Below, piece by piece: positions 38,319-48,494 of a stretch of 64,000 bases of DNA (positions are counted from its first letter, which is position 1; each line of letters begins with the position of its first letter). The position numbers and the translations under genes are program-made. Under the pieces are notes generated by a model. It was not told the DNA's origin and did no database searches. It saw nothing but the letters and a program-made list of their open reading frames with translations. Source of the DNA: Podarcis liolepis. Lineage: Eukaryota. The stretch lies in NCBI GenBank assembly GCA_965112155.1, contig OZ218098.1, one strand, 5' to 3'.

Positions 38319-38581
38319 CTGTGAAAGTATACAGAATTTTGCATATATGTGTTCAACTTCACAAATGTACCAGTTTACAAATGTTCCAGTTTTATATTTC
38401 TAAATATCCCAATCATCCACATCCAAGCATATCCAAACATTGCTCCAAAATGGACTAATGCTAACCACAAGAGTTATCCAAGCATGTCACGAGAACTTCC
38501 CGTTCCCTTGCCTACATATGTTAAGTTCTACTTTCATGTTCCATCTACCCCACGGCCTTCTAAAAACTTGAGTAAAGTTAC

Positions 38582-38623
38582 CATACTTTGCCAAAGTATA
38601 TATTTTCAAGCGATCGAAGCATC
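38582..38623 (-). CDS. Candidate 42-nt exon of unannotated minus-strand gene
   Basis: Acceptor gttttgtttgattcatag, donor TG|GTAACT; reads QMLRSLENIYFGKV (phase 2) or GCFDRLKIYTLAKY (phase 1). Confidence 0.45.
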
Positions 38624-40130
38624 CTATGAATCAAACAAAACATTAATGGATTAATAAAGCAATGCTGTAGGTATTTAGGATCCCTACACTATGATCAGCC
38701 CAGCAGTTCAGTAACTACTAAAGCCCCCTCACCATTTTAGCTAACATTTTATTACCCACTGCTTTGTCCCCAGAAAGCATGGAGTGTGCACTATATAGAA
38801 ATTTGTCCTTTTATTGAATTGTTGTGCTGCTTTAAAGATATTGATATAGCCAATATTGCTATATTATTTCTTATTCCTCTGTTCCTTCAAGGATCTCAAG
38901 GCAATGAGCATGGTGGTTTCCCCCTTTATCTTCACAACAGCTCTGTGAGGTATGTTGGGCAGAGTTACAATGACTGGCCAAGTAAGTTTCATGACTGAGT
39001 GGATATTTCAACTTGGGCCACCTGTCTCCTAGTCCAATGCACTACATTACTAAATGTAATGGCAGACTTGAGCACAGACCACTTGTGTGCTGCCCCCAGT
39101 TGCTTTTTTTTCTGGGTTTGTCCAAAGGAAATGTAAAAATGAAAATAGGGTTGAGGTCTATAAAACTGCAAAACAGCTGAAGGTTTTTCAAGGTTAGTGG
39201 GAAAGACAAGAGTGGAAACAAAAAGTCTCAGTGGGAAATGATGAATAGGTAGATTTCTGCACAGATTTAAAAAAGTTTTTTAAAAAACAAGTCACAAGAA
39301 AGGGTTATGGAGAAGGAAGGGCTTTGCAATGACTGGGATAAATAGATATTTGAAACGTACCCAAATAAACATTAATAGCACTGAGTGATAGCATAACTGC
39401 ACTTTCCTCCTTAGACTAATTGCTATACCGGAGAGGGAGATTTTTACAGAGGTTTCAGTTGAGAAGGAAAGCCTAAATCTCTCCTCCTTGCATGTTGAAA
39501 TATTAATAACACTCTCCCCACCTCTGAACTGGTATTTAACATTTAGAGTTCCTCCAAGCTCTGACTATTTTGTGGGAAAGATTCAAGCACATACAGAAAC
39601 TTCAGATTTACGTAAAGTGGATTAAAGGGCTCTGTTGCCCTAGACTATCTACAGGAAGTGACCATTTTGCATGGGGGTTCCTTTCTTGCCCCCCCATAAA
39701 CTTGCCCCACTCATTCCACCCTGCCCTGTCCCTATTCTGGGTCCAAATGGATCGGCGTATTGGCGGTTTCACATCAATTGGACTCGCAGAAAACGCTCAC
39801 TGTAAAAAAAGAATTGACGTTTCAGCCACTTGGAAAGTGATGGGGAACAAATTGAAAACTGTAGGGTGATTGAATGCTAACAGGAAAATGCCAAAACATG
39901 CTGCAAGCAAATTGAATGGCAATGAATGCTCCTTGTCGTATAAATGTCCCATAAACAAATCAGAACAAGTACTGAGTAAAAACTAGGTACAAGGCCCCCA
40001 AGGTCTTTTCCCTTGTGCCTTCATGATGATTTATGCTCATAATGGTAACCGGGGGTTGGGCAGGGGGCGTTATAAGTGATCCTGCCTTCAATACTGTTTG
40101 TAGCTGCAGATGTTTTGGGGCTCGACATAC

Positions 40131-40254
40131 TGCTTTGTTTCCAATCTGTGAATGTCCCTTAATTTCCTGATGAAATCCTGTACCTTTTCATACCACAAAC
40201 ATTGGGGGTAGGGTGTTCCGCTTTTGTTGTGCTGTAATGCAAGGGTTGCCCCTC
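40131..40254 (-). CDS. Candidate 124-nt exon (GGATLALQHNKSGTPYPQCLWYEKVQDFIRKLRDIHRLETK)
   Basis: Branch-like CTGAC plus tttattgccataag acceptor; donor CA|GTATGT; phase 1 matches the upstream exon. Confidence 0.45.
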
Positions 40255-40423
40255 CTTATGGCAATAAAGTCAGACCCTAGGGGTCTTAAGTTTATTTTGG
40301 GTTTGGGGAGGGGAGTCATAGGGACAAAATCAATTTGTTTTTTCACATCTGTGTAGGTGAGACAGACACAGAAGCCCCATGAGATGAAAAAGTTGGCAAT
40401 TAAGAAAACAGGAAAGAACCAAC

Positions 40424-40535
40424 CCTGATTTGCCTTCTGTGTCACCAGGTGCCCCTTCCTCAGCTTCCCTTCAGCCTCCTTCTCCTTGGACTCTCCCTTC
40501 CCAGTAATAACTGCCTCTTTCTCCTCAGTTGCCAT
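40424..40535 (-). CDS. Candidate first coding exon (MATEEKEAVITGKGESKEKEAEGKLRKGHLVTQKANQ)
   Basis: Branch TTAAC and acceptor 3 nt before ATG; Kozak GACATGG; purine-rich coding-like composition; donor AGG|GTTGGT. Confidence 0.5.
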
Positions 40536-41365
40536 GTCCTTTTGCAACAACAGAGGCAGTATGTAGTAGTTAATGTCAACAGCTGGAAAGGCATCAGCAC
40601 AGCTTCTCTAGACCTTACAATATAAGGGGCACCTCACCAGTTATTTATTTATTATTGAAAATATTTACAGTCCACCCTTCATGTGTACAGATATGGGGGT
40701 GGGGAGAGGTTGCACCATAAACTCAAGTATTTGACTTTCCATTCTTTTTCTTCACAGAAAAAAGGTAGATATACTTTTAAATAACTGGTGGGTTTTGTTT
40801 TTTTTAAAGTATTAGGTGGCTTGCACTTAAGCCCTTCGTGTGTTTCACCTATCCACCAGTTTCCTTTTACACATCACATTCATGCACATACACAGACTAT
40901 TCACCTTGATCACATTCAAAGCCGCACATTCAAAACTCCCCATTCAAGCATACTCCAGGAGACATCCATTAAGAACCCCAATGGACACCTTCACTCACCC
41001 CCCCCCCAAATATCCATTGAGGTTTGTCAACCGGCTTCTGAAGATTAATTTCAACCAGCTTACACCCACAAACAACCATCTGCTTCTTCTGCCTTAGGGC
41101 ATCCACTAGCTTCCGAATGCAAACTCCACTATCTTCCCCCTACCAATGTCTGCCACCTTCCCCTAGGCCTAGGTCCCCCACTAGGCACCAGCTGTGCTCC
41201 CGCTCCGCAATTGAACTTGCCTTGTTATCGCTCTACAGCCAGAGGACCGCCTGCCTGTGTCCATCTGCCAGCCCACCTTCTCCACCAGGAAAGAGTCTGG
41301 GCAATGGTGGACATCACAGCTGTTGCTCGCTGTGTCCTGTAGGGGAAGAGGGAAAGGCCCACTCA

Positions 41366-41379
41366 GTTGCCATGGTAAC
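41366..41379. promoter_or_regulatory. RFX X-box (GTTGCCATGGTAAC), candidate promoter of the minus-strand gene
   Basis: 13/14 match to palindromic consensus GTTGCCATGGCAAC; local CpG enrichment at 41200-41330; CCAAT box (CAGCCAATCAG on minus) near 41755. Confidence 0.55.
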
Positions 41380-42124
41380 ACAGGTGTCTCATGCCCACAG
41401 CTGAGGATACATCATCATCTCCTCAGACCCCACTAATTGTGGCTCCACCTCAGCAGGGATTAATTTGAGTACTTGTTTATCATTAAAAATATTTATACAG
41501 CAACTTTCTTCAGTTTGATACTAGGGAGGAGTGCACCATAAAAGTGCTGTAGGGAACCCCCCCCCCCAAAAAAAAACCCCTAGGCTGCATTTCCCTGTAG
41601 GGAACACTGTGGTGTTTGTTAATGTAACTGACTTGAGTAGGTTTGCATATTAAGAGACATATGGTAAAATGTTTTGGAGGGAGATATTGGAAAGATAGGA
41701 GTTAAAGTGAGTGTGGTGGGCAGGGGCATAGAATGTTGGTATGTGGCAGGTGCTGATTGGCTGAGGGTGAAGTGTGACAGTTAGAACAGGTGTGTGTGAA
41801 GGAAAATGGCAGGATGGAGGGAGGGAGAAGGAGAAGAGTGGCTGGTGTGGATACTGAGGAGCAGTGGGCAGAGTAGGCAGGATTAGGATTTGCATTAGAA
41901 ATAGAGCTTTAGGCACATGTTATGAAAGGCAAAATATCCAAACATTGTTACTGAAAACAATATAATAACTTGCTATATTCAGCTGTTACTTTATTTTTTA
42001 AAATTTAATTTATACTGCCCTTCACTTGAAGATCACAGGGCAGATTACAATGTAAAAACACAAAAATAGATACCATAATAATAAACAAAAACAATAACCC
42101 AACCCACCCACAGTTTAAAAGGCC

Positions 42125-42477
42125 TTGGTAAAAGGTCAAGGGACCCCTGACCATTAGGTCCAGTTGTGGCCGACTCTGGGGTTGCGGCACTCATCTCGCT
42201 TTATTGGCCAAGGGAGCCGGTGTACAGCTTCTGGGTCATGTGGCCAGTATGACTAAGCTGCTTCTGGCGAACCAGAGCAGCGCATGGAAACGCCGTTTAC
42301 CTTCCCGCTGGGAACCTGTTTATCTACTTGCACTTTGATGTGCTTTTGAACTGCTAGGTTGGCAGGAGAAGGGACCGAGCGATGGGAGCTGACCCTGTTG
42401 CAGGGATTCGAACCACCGACCTTCTGATCAGCAAGTCCTAGGCTCTGTGGTTTAACTCACAGCGCCACCCGCGTCCC
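42125..42477 (-). mobile_element. Sauria SINE inserted into L2
   Basis: Full-length architecture; 11-bp TSD TTTAAAAGGCC at 42114-42124 and 42478-42488. Confidence 0.92.
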
Positions 42478-42527
42478 TTTAAAAGGCCATAGAATGTTTA
42501 ATTAGCCACGGGCCCAGAAGAATTATA

Positions 42528-42704
42528 TAGGGTTGCCATACTTCAATCCAGACAGAAAAATTGTTGAGTTTTTTCTAGGTTTTTGCAAAAAAAGTTTTTG
42601 AGCGGTTTTTAAGGGAAATTGCCAGAAATGACACTGCCAACATGGGTTGCCAGATGGTTAATTGCTGGCTATGTCCGGGAAATTCCAGACGTATGGCAGC
42701 CCTA
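42528..42704. mobile_element. hAT MITE
   Basis: TIRs TAGGGTTGCCATAC / GTATGGCAGCCCTA; 8-bp TSD GAATTATA / GAATGATA. Confidence 0.8.
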
Positions 42705-42857
42705 GAATGATAGAACCACAGAATTGTAACGTTGGAAGGGACCACAAGGGTCATCTTGTCCAACTACTTACAATGTAGGAATTGTTTGGCCAACATAGGG
42801 TTTGAACCCCCAACCCTGAGACTAAGAGTGTCTTGATTTACCAACTGAATTATCCAG
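42705..42857 (-). mobile_element. tRNA-Lys(CUU)-derived SINE with CR1-like tail
   Basis: Plus-strand GCCAACATAGGGTTTGAACCCCCAACCCTGAGACTAAGAG matches the reverse complement of tRNA-Lys-CTT; CR1-type tail GTTGGAAGGGACCACAAGGGTCATC. Confidence 0.75.
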
Positions 42858-44347
42858 ATAAATGTTTTTGCCCAGTACCTAAAGAAGTGTAATAAAGGCA
42901 CCAGGCAAGCCTCCCTGGGGAGAGCATTTCACAAGCAGGGAGCCACCACAGAAAAGGCCTATTCTTGTGTTGCCACCCTTTGTAGCTTTTGCAGAGGAGG
43001 TGCATGAAAAAAGGCCTCCAATGATGATTTCAGGGTCTGGGTTAGTTCACATGGAGGGGGGGGGGATTTTTAAAGAACAACTCATTAGATGAGTTAGTGG
43101 TGGTGTGTAGAATAAATTTAAAGGACCTGACCCATGCAACCTGGCCTGCACCAGGTTGAATCAAAAACTTGATTCTTTCTGCTCCCCTACTTGGTCCCTT
43201 GCTCTCCTCATATTAGTGGATTAGTGGTCTCCACTAGCTAATGTACTTAGTCGTTTTACTAGCTCATGACTGAGATTTGCAGGTTGCACCAAATTCCGTT
43301 TAGTCAGAAGTGAGTCTCACTAAAAACAAGAGGACTTTTTCAAAGCAAACATGGTGGTTGCCATGCAGGCACCTGTGTTAAATCAAAGCCCCACTCCCAA
43401 GGTCTTAAAGCAGATCTGTTTTGCGGATTAGGCTGCCCAGTTTCAAATAGCCAGGAGACAAGATTCAGACATCTATGTTACAACAGATGTCATCAGTAGC
43501 CCCTCAGATTTCTTTATTTCTGCTGAACAATTTAGTAGGAGGTGAGAGGTTAACTGAGAATCATGTCTTTCTTATACGTAAGCCAGAAAGAAATGGCATG
43601 ACCCACATAAGGCTAAGCACTCTGAAGTCTCATTAATGGAGAATTAGCCTGCAATCTTATATCAACCTACCTTGGAGTAAATTTCATTGAACTCAAAGCA
43701 TAGAAATGCATGGGATTGCACTGTCAATGACATATTTTTTTTAAAAAAAAATAATCATCACCATCCAATTTATTACCTGCCCTTCACCAGCAGGTCACAG
43801 GGTAGGTTGCAGCAATATTAAAAAAACAGCCTTAAAACAGTTTAAAAACAATCTACAGTCACAGCCTGCCCTCTCCCAAGCCAACCTCACAAACTACTCT
43901 GCTAATCTTAACATCCAAGAAGGAAGCAGTCATTCAGATATTTAGTGTCTAAGTAATTTAGGGTTGTAACCACTAGCATGAGCACCTTCAGCTGAGCAAG
44001 GAAATCAGCTGACAAATGGCAGTTGTATTAAAACAGGGGTTATAGGAGTCCTAATTGAAACCCCAGCCTGTAATCTGGGCATTGCATTTTTGACCAATTG
44101 AAGTTGCTGAGTCATCCTCAAGGCACACAGAGAGCATTGCAATAATCCAGTTACCACAGCATGCAATACCATAGCCAAGTCATCTTTGCTCAAAGGGTCT
44201 AGAACTAGTGAACTAGCTGGAGCTGGGGAAAAGCACTAGTAGCCACCAAGGCAGCCTCAGTATCGAGTGTCAAAGGTATTTAACACTCTCGTGAAAAATC
44301 AAAAGAGCTTGAAAGTCCTTGACTCTGGGTGGATTAGGCCCATGGTA

Positions 44348-44573
44348 CAGTGGTACCTCGGGTCACAGACGCTTCATCTTATAGACTCTGCTAACCCAGA
44401 AATAGTACCTCGGGTTAAGAACTTTGCTTCAGGATAAGAAGAGAAATCGCATGGCAGTGGCGCGGCGGCAGCAGGAGGCCCCATTAGCTAAAGTGGTACC
44501 TCAGGTTAAGAACAGTTTCAGGTTAAGAATGGACCTCCAGAATGTATTAAGTTCTCAACCCGAGGTACCACTG
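44348..44573. mobile_element. Tc1/mariner (Tigger-like) MITE
   Basis: TA|CAGTGGTACCTCGGGT ... ACCCGAGGTACCACTG|TA; same family as 52494 and 62832, opposite orientation. Confidence 0.9.
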
Positions 44574-46641
44574 TACTTTACAGCCTAGTACCTGTGGGTG
44601 GGTGCAGAAAGGTATTATGGGTAAAATGCATACTAATGAAGTGATCTCATCTGTCAGCATTTTCATTATTGGCTCCCAAGTTTCCATGAAGTTGTGGGGG
44701 GTATCTTACCTCCCTTCCTCTTGAGCAAAGTTTCTTGAGCTTTTGCTTCAACCTTCCTCTCTCACCTATCCCAGTCCTACCACTCAGCTGTAAAAATATC
44801 CCCTACTGTAACAGAGACCTGGAGCCCCCAGTGGACACCAACAGATGTCTTGATGGGTGATGAAAGCTGGGTCTGTGGCGCTGCCAGTGGAAATTGGCTC
44901 AGGTGGCGGATGCCGTCATCCATCAGGGCTGTGATAGCTACTTGGTCATTGGCAAGAAGCCATGGGCTTCATGCAACCAGAAGTGTAATCTGAAGCTCCC
45001 TTTGGGAGGGGGGGCGGTTGGACTGGGACTCTTTCATCACTCTGTGCAGTGATCTGGCCGGCTGCTCCAGTCACATGAAGGCTGTTGCCAGCAGAGTGGA
45101 TCCCAGGCCAGGAAGCATTTTCCTCATCCCTTTGCTCACATACTGAGACAGGATTTTAGATTTTCAGGCTCCTCACTTGGATGTTGTAACAAGCTCCATT
45201 GATTTCTTGTGGGAGTTGCTTTCAATTGATTCTTGTTAGGACCACAGCTTTCAAAACAACCATAACTAACTTCCAGTTTCTGCAGAAGGACAGGGGGACA
45301 GTCTCTCATCTCTCCCACTCTTTGGGCTCAGACCCAAAGCCACTGCACCATATTCCACCCACCCCTTTTGCTCTTATGTTTGTTCTCGGCACACTGAAAT
45401 GTTCCATGAGTTTTGGGCTACAGTTCTGAGCAAACTGACTTCTAAAAAAATATGTTTAGCCTTGGGCTGCCAAGTTCATAAAAAAACCCAAAACACAAGT
45501 CTGAAAAAACGTCATTCGCCTTTGGCAAAAGTCATGATCAATGGGAATTTAACATTTCATTGTACCCTTGCTGTATAATTTGAAAATTCATTTCTTTTGT
45601 GATTGTTATAAGGCATAACCCTGTTATAAAAGCTTTGGACATGCATTTATGCATTAATTTTAAAAAGTATCACCCGCTTTCTGATTAAAAGTCTCCCAGG
45701 CAGCTAACAAAACAATGGTATAAAATCATATTGAAAGATATCAAAATGAACTTGTCGAAAACAGCAAGAGGTTGGGGAAGGCCTGCTTAGTGGCTCAGTG
45801 CCAGTAAGGAAGGAGCCTTGTGCACTTACCTAGAGAGAACAATGAGAGTGCTTATAGGATCTGAAAAAAGCAGGTACCACAATGTAAAAAGAAATGTTTT
45901 CTTAGGGAAACATGTACCAAGACATTCAGAGCCATTTGCCTTTAAACAGGGAGGGGATACCCCCAAAAGCTGTATCTATTAAAAGAACTAAGGGCTGAAA
46001 ACATTCTTGGGAAAACAGCTTCAGGCCATACTAACAGGTAACCCATTCTGCAGTTGTAGCTGCTACTGGCCCAATGAGTCAGGACTCCTTGGGCCAGTAG
46101 CACTCCTTCCTGGCTCCGTTGGTGCACCTAGGTCCCTAGTTAGCAGTTAATATGGCTGTTGCTCAGCCATCTGTGCTGAACCCTGAAGTCTTGTGCACCC
46201 TTCCTTGTCTTTTCTATAAAAAAAGAAACCTCCTAAGAGAAAGTGGAACTGGAACTTTTCACTTTTCCTATTGAAAGAAGCTGCTGCTGGATCAAAGAGC
46301 CTGTTTTTCTTATAAAGTTTATATTTACAGGTGACTTCATCCAATTGTTTCTCTCCATTCCCTCAGGTTTCCAATATTGTATACCCATCATATTTATGCT
46401 CTTCTTTAAAACCAAGTAGACCATTTCCCCCTACAGAGAACAAACAAATTAAAACAGGACTCCTTCAAATAGAGTTGCAAAGGAGGGCATATGGTCACTC
46501 TGTGCAGAATTTTGATGCCTATAGTTGATGCTTTCCTACCAAAATAGGCTGCTTTATGTATTGCCACCCAGTACTGACAGTTTGAAAGAGATTTCCATAT
46601 CACAGTACATGGCTAATAGACCCCCCCTTGGGTATGTGCAA

Positions 46642-46643
<2 letters not shown>

Positions 46644-46696
<53 letters not shown>
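46644..46696. repeat. (AAT)n microsatellite, tail of the adjacent L2
   Basis: About 17 perfect AAT units. Confidence 0.95.
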
Positions 46697-46700
<4 letters not shown>

Positions 46701-46960
46701 TATTATTTATACCCTGCCCATCTGGCTGGGTTTCCCCAGCCCCTCTGGGAAGCTCCCAACAGAATATTAAAAACATGATAAAACCTCAAACATTAACAAA
46801 TTCCCTAAACAGGGCTGCCTTCAGATGTCTTCTAAAAGTCAGATAGTTGTTTACTTCCTTGACATCTGATGGGAGGGCATTCCACAGGGTGGGCGCCACC
46901 ACCGAGAAGCCCCTCTGCCTGGTTCCCTGTAACTTCTGGCAGTGAGGGAGCTGCCAGAAT
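46697..46960 (-). mobile_element. L2 LINE 3' fragment
   Basis: TTTATACCCTGCCCATCTGGCTGGGTTTCCCCAGC...GGGAGGGCATTCCACAGGGTGGGCGCCACCACCGAGAAG, squamate L2 3' end. Confidence 0.75.
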
Positions 46961-48098
46961 CCAATAGTTCTGGATTGTTGCCAGTTTCCCCATAAGACCT
47001 TTTCTCATAGCTCAGGAGCTCAAGTTAAGCTGCAGAAGCCCATAAGCAAACAAAGAAAGGTTGTGTGATCTCGTACTTTAAAAACTACTAATACTGATGG
47101 TTCCTAAAGTAAATGTATTGAAGGATAACTCCTTCCCCATTTATTCTCGCAGTAGATCACTGACATTCCCATTCAACTGAAAGGAAACTAAGGACAAGCT
47201 CCAGAGTCAGATCAGGAAAATATATGAGTGAGCAGAGACTTGAATTCATGCCTAGGTAAGGTAGTGGTTCCCCTTTTGTCACAGAGAGCTGCTTTTGTGG
47301 GTGGTACTTGGGAGAGTGCCATCCACTTTCCACTCCCTGCCTGTCCTTTTCTGTGCCACATGAATCCAGTCACCCACTGCAGCCTGCTAAAATTACCCTG
47401 AGGGTCTCAGAGCCTTTTCTGATCCACAGATGAGTGTCTTCCATTCTAATCCTTTGTTCCCTCCTCATAACCATGAGGTTACTTCTGATGGCCACAATAA
47501 GAGGGTACCCAGGCCTTTCCCAATTAGTGGTGAACCATCTGGCATGCCCCCAGTACCTCCATATGCTTATAAGTATATGGATCTGCTCTCTCTCTCTCTT
47601 TAACGCAGTGCCTCAATTTGGTTTTATTTCATTTGCGCTTCCACAGCCCACTTGGCATAGCACACCACAAGCAACTGCAAACTTGAGCAATAATAATAAT
47701 AATAAATCCTTGCATTGGATTGCTCCTTTCCGTGCTGCCTGCCACATGACTCCCATCAATTTCTGTCAGGGCAATCAGCCAAGCCAACTTTTCGCGAGCT
47801 GCTGATGGCAAATTTAGCAGCTGAGTGAGTCTCTCTCTTTCTCTCCTTCTCCTTCCCTGTTCCTGTTGGACCAAGAAAGGAATTAGGTCTTCTTGCCACC
47901 TAGAAGGAGGCCATTTCTCATAGTCTGCTTCTTGATGATGGAAGGCATCAACGATATAATGTAACAGCTGTTTTCAGACATCACACCAATTACTGTCTGG
48001 TATCCTAGTGGCACCATTTATGTTGGCAAATAAATGGTGGCAGTTTGCAATGGATGGTTCATGGACATCTGTCCATGAAACAATATCCCAGAAGACAC

Positions 48099-48494
48099 TA
48101 AGGACAGAGGGGAGAGTTTAATTCAGTGCACATTTAAAGGCAAATCAGTCTAATATGAACTTCCCAAATCAATATTTGGACTGAAATACAGCCATCCTTC
48201 AAATTTCTCGCTTCTACAAATTTTGTGATGTATCTCTCCAACCAAACAATGTGTACAAAGCTGCATATACTACTGGAATGTGTGCAATAATGCATATATT
48301 GATGGAAACAACATGCAAAAATGTTGCATTAAACTGTGCTTATTAGGAGAAATTTACACTAAAATACTGATGAATTTTCATGACAACTTCAAAAACAATT
48401 TTGCAAATTGATGCGGAAATGTGGAGAACTGAATTTAAGATTGGAAAAATGAGAGACTGAGAGAAACCAAAAGTGGCAGATTTCCCCATCCTTA
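48099..48494 (+). mobile_element. AT-rich hAT-like non-autonomous element
   Basis: Ends TAAGGA...TCCTTA; 8-bp TSD GAAGACAC / GAAGATAC. Confidence 0.78.

Larger units (their letters stand above)
42004..43050 (-). mobile_element. L2 LINE 3' fragment interrupted by nested insertions
   Basis: L2-type end TTTATACTGCCCTTC...; resumes at about 42860 (GGGAGAGCATTTCACAAGCAGGGAGCCACCACAGAAAAGGCC). Confidence 0.65.

Noticed and set aside
6900-42477. All four Sauria SINEs in the same orientation
   Set aside because: A shared orientation among four copies has a 1-in-8 chance; not significant
42785-42857. tRNA-Lys-like sequence as a tRNA gene (also about 8850-8894)
   Set aside because: Degenerate stems and anticodon arm, fused to a CR1 tail: a SINE head, not a functional tRNA
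46628-46846. Poly-Asn ORF
   Set aside because: Translation of the (AAT)n microsatellite and L2 tail
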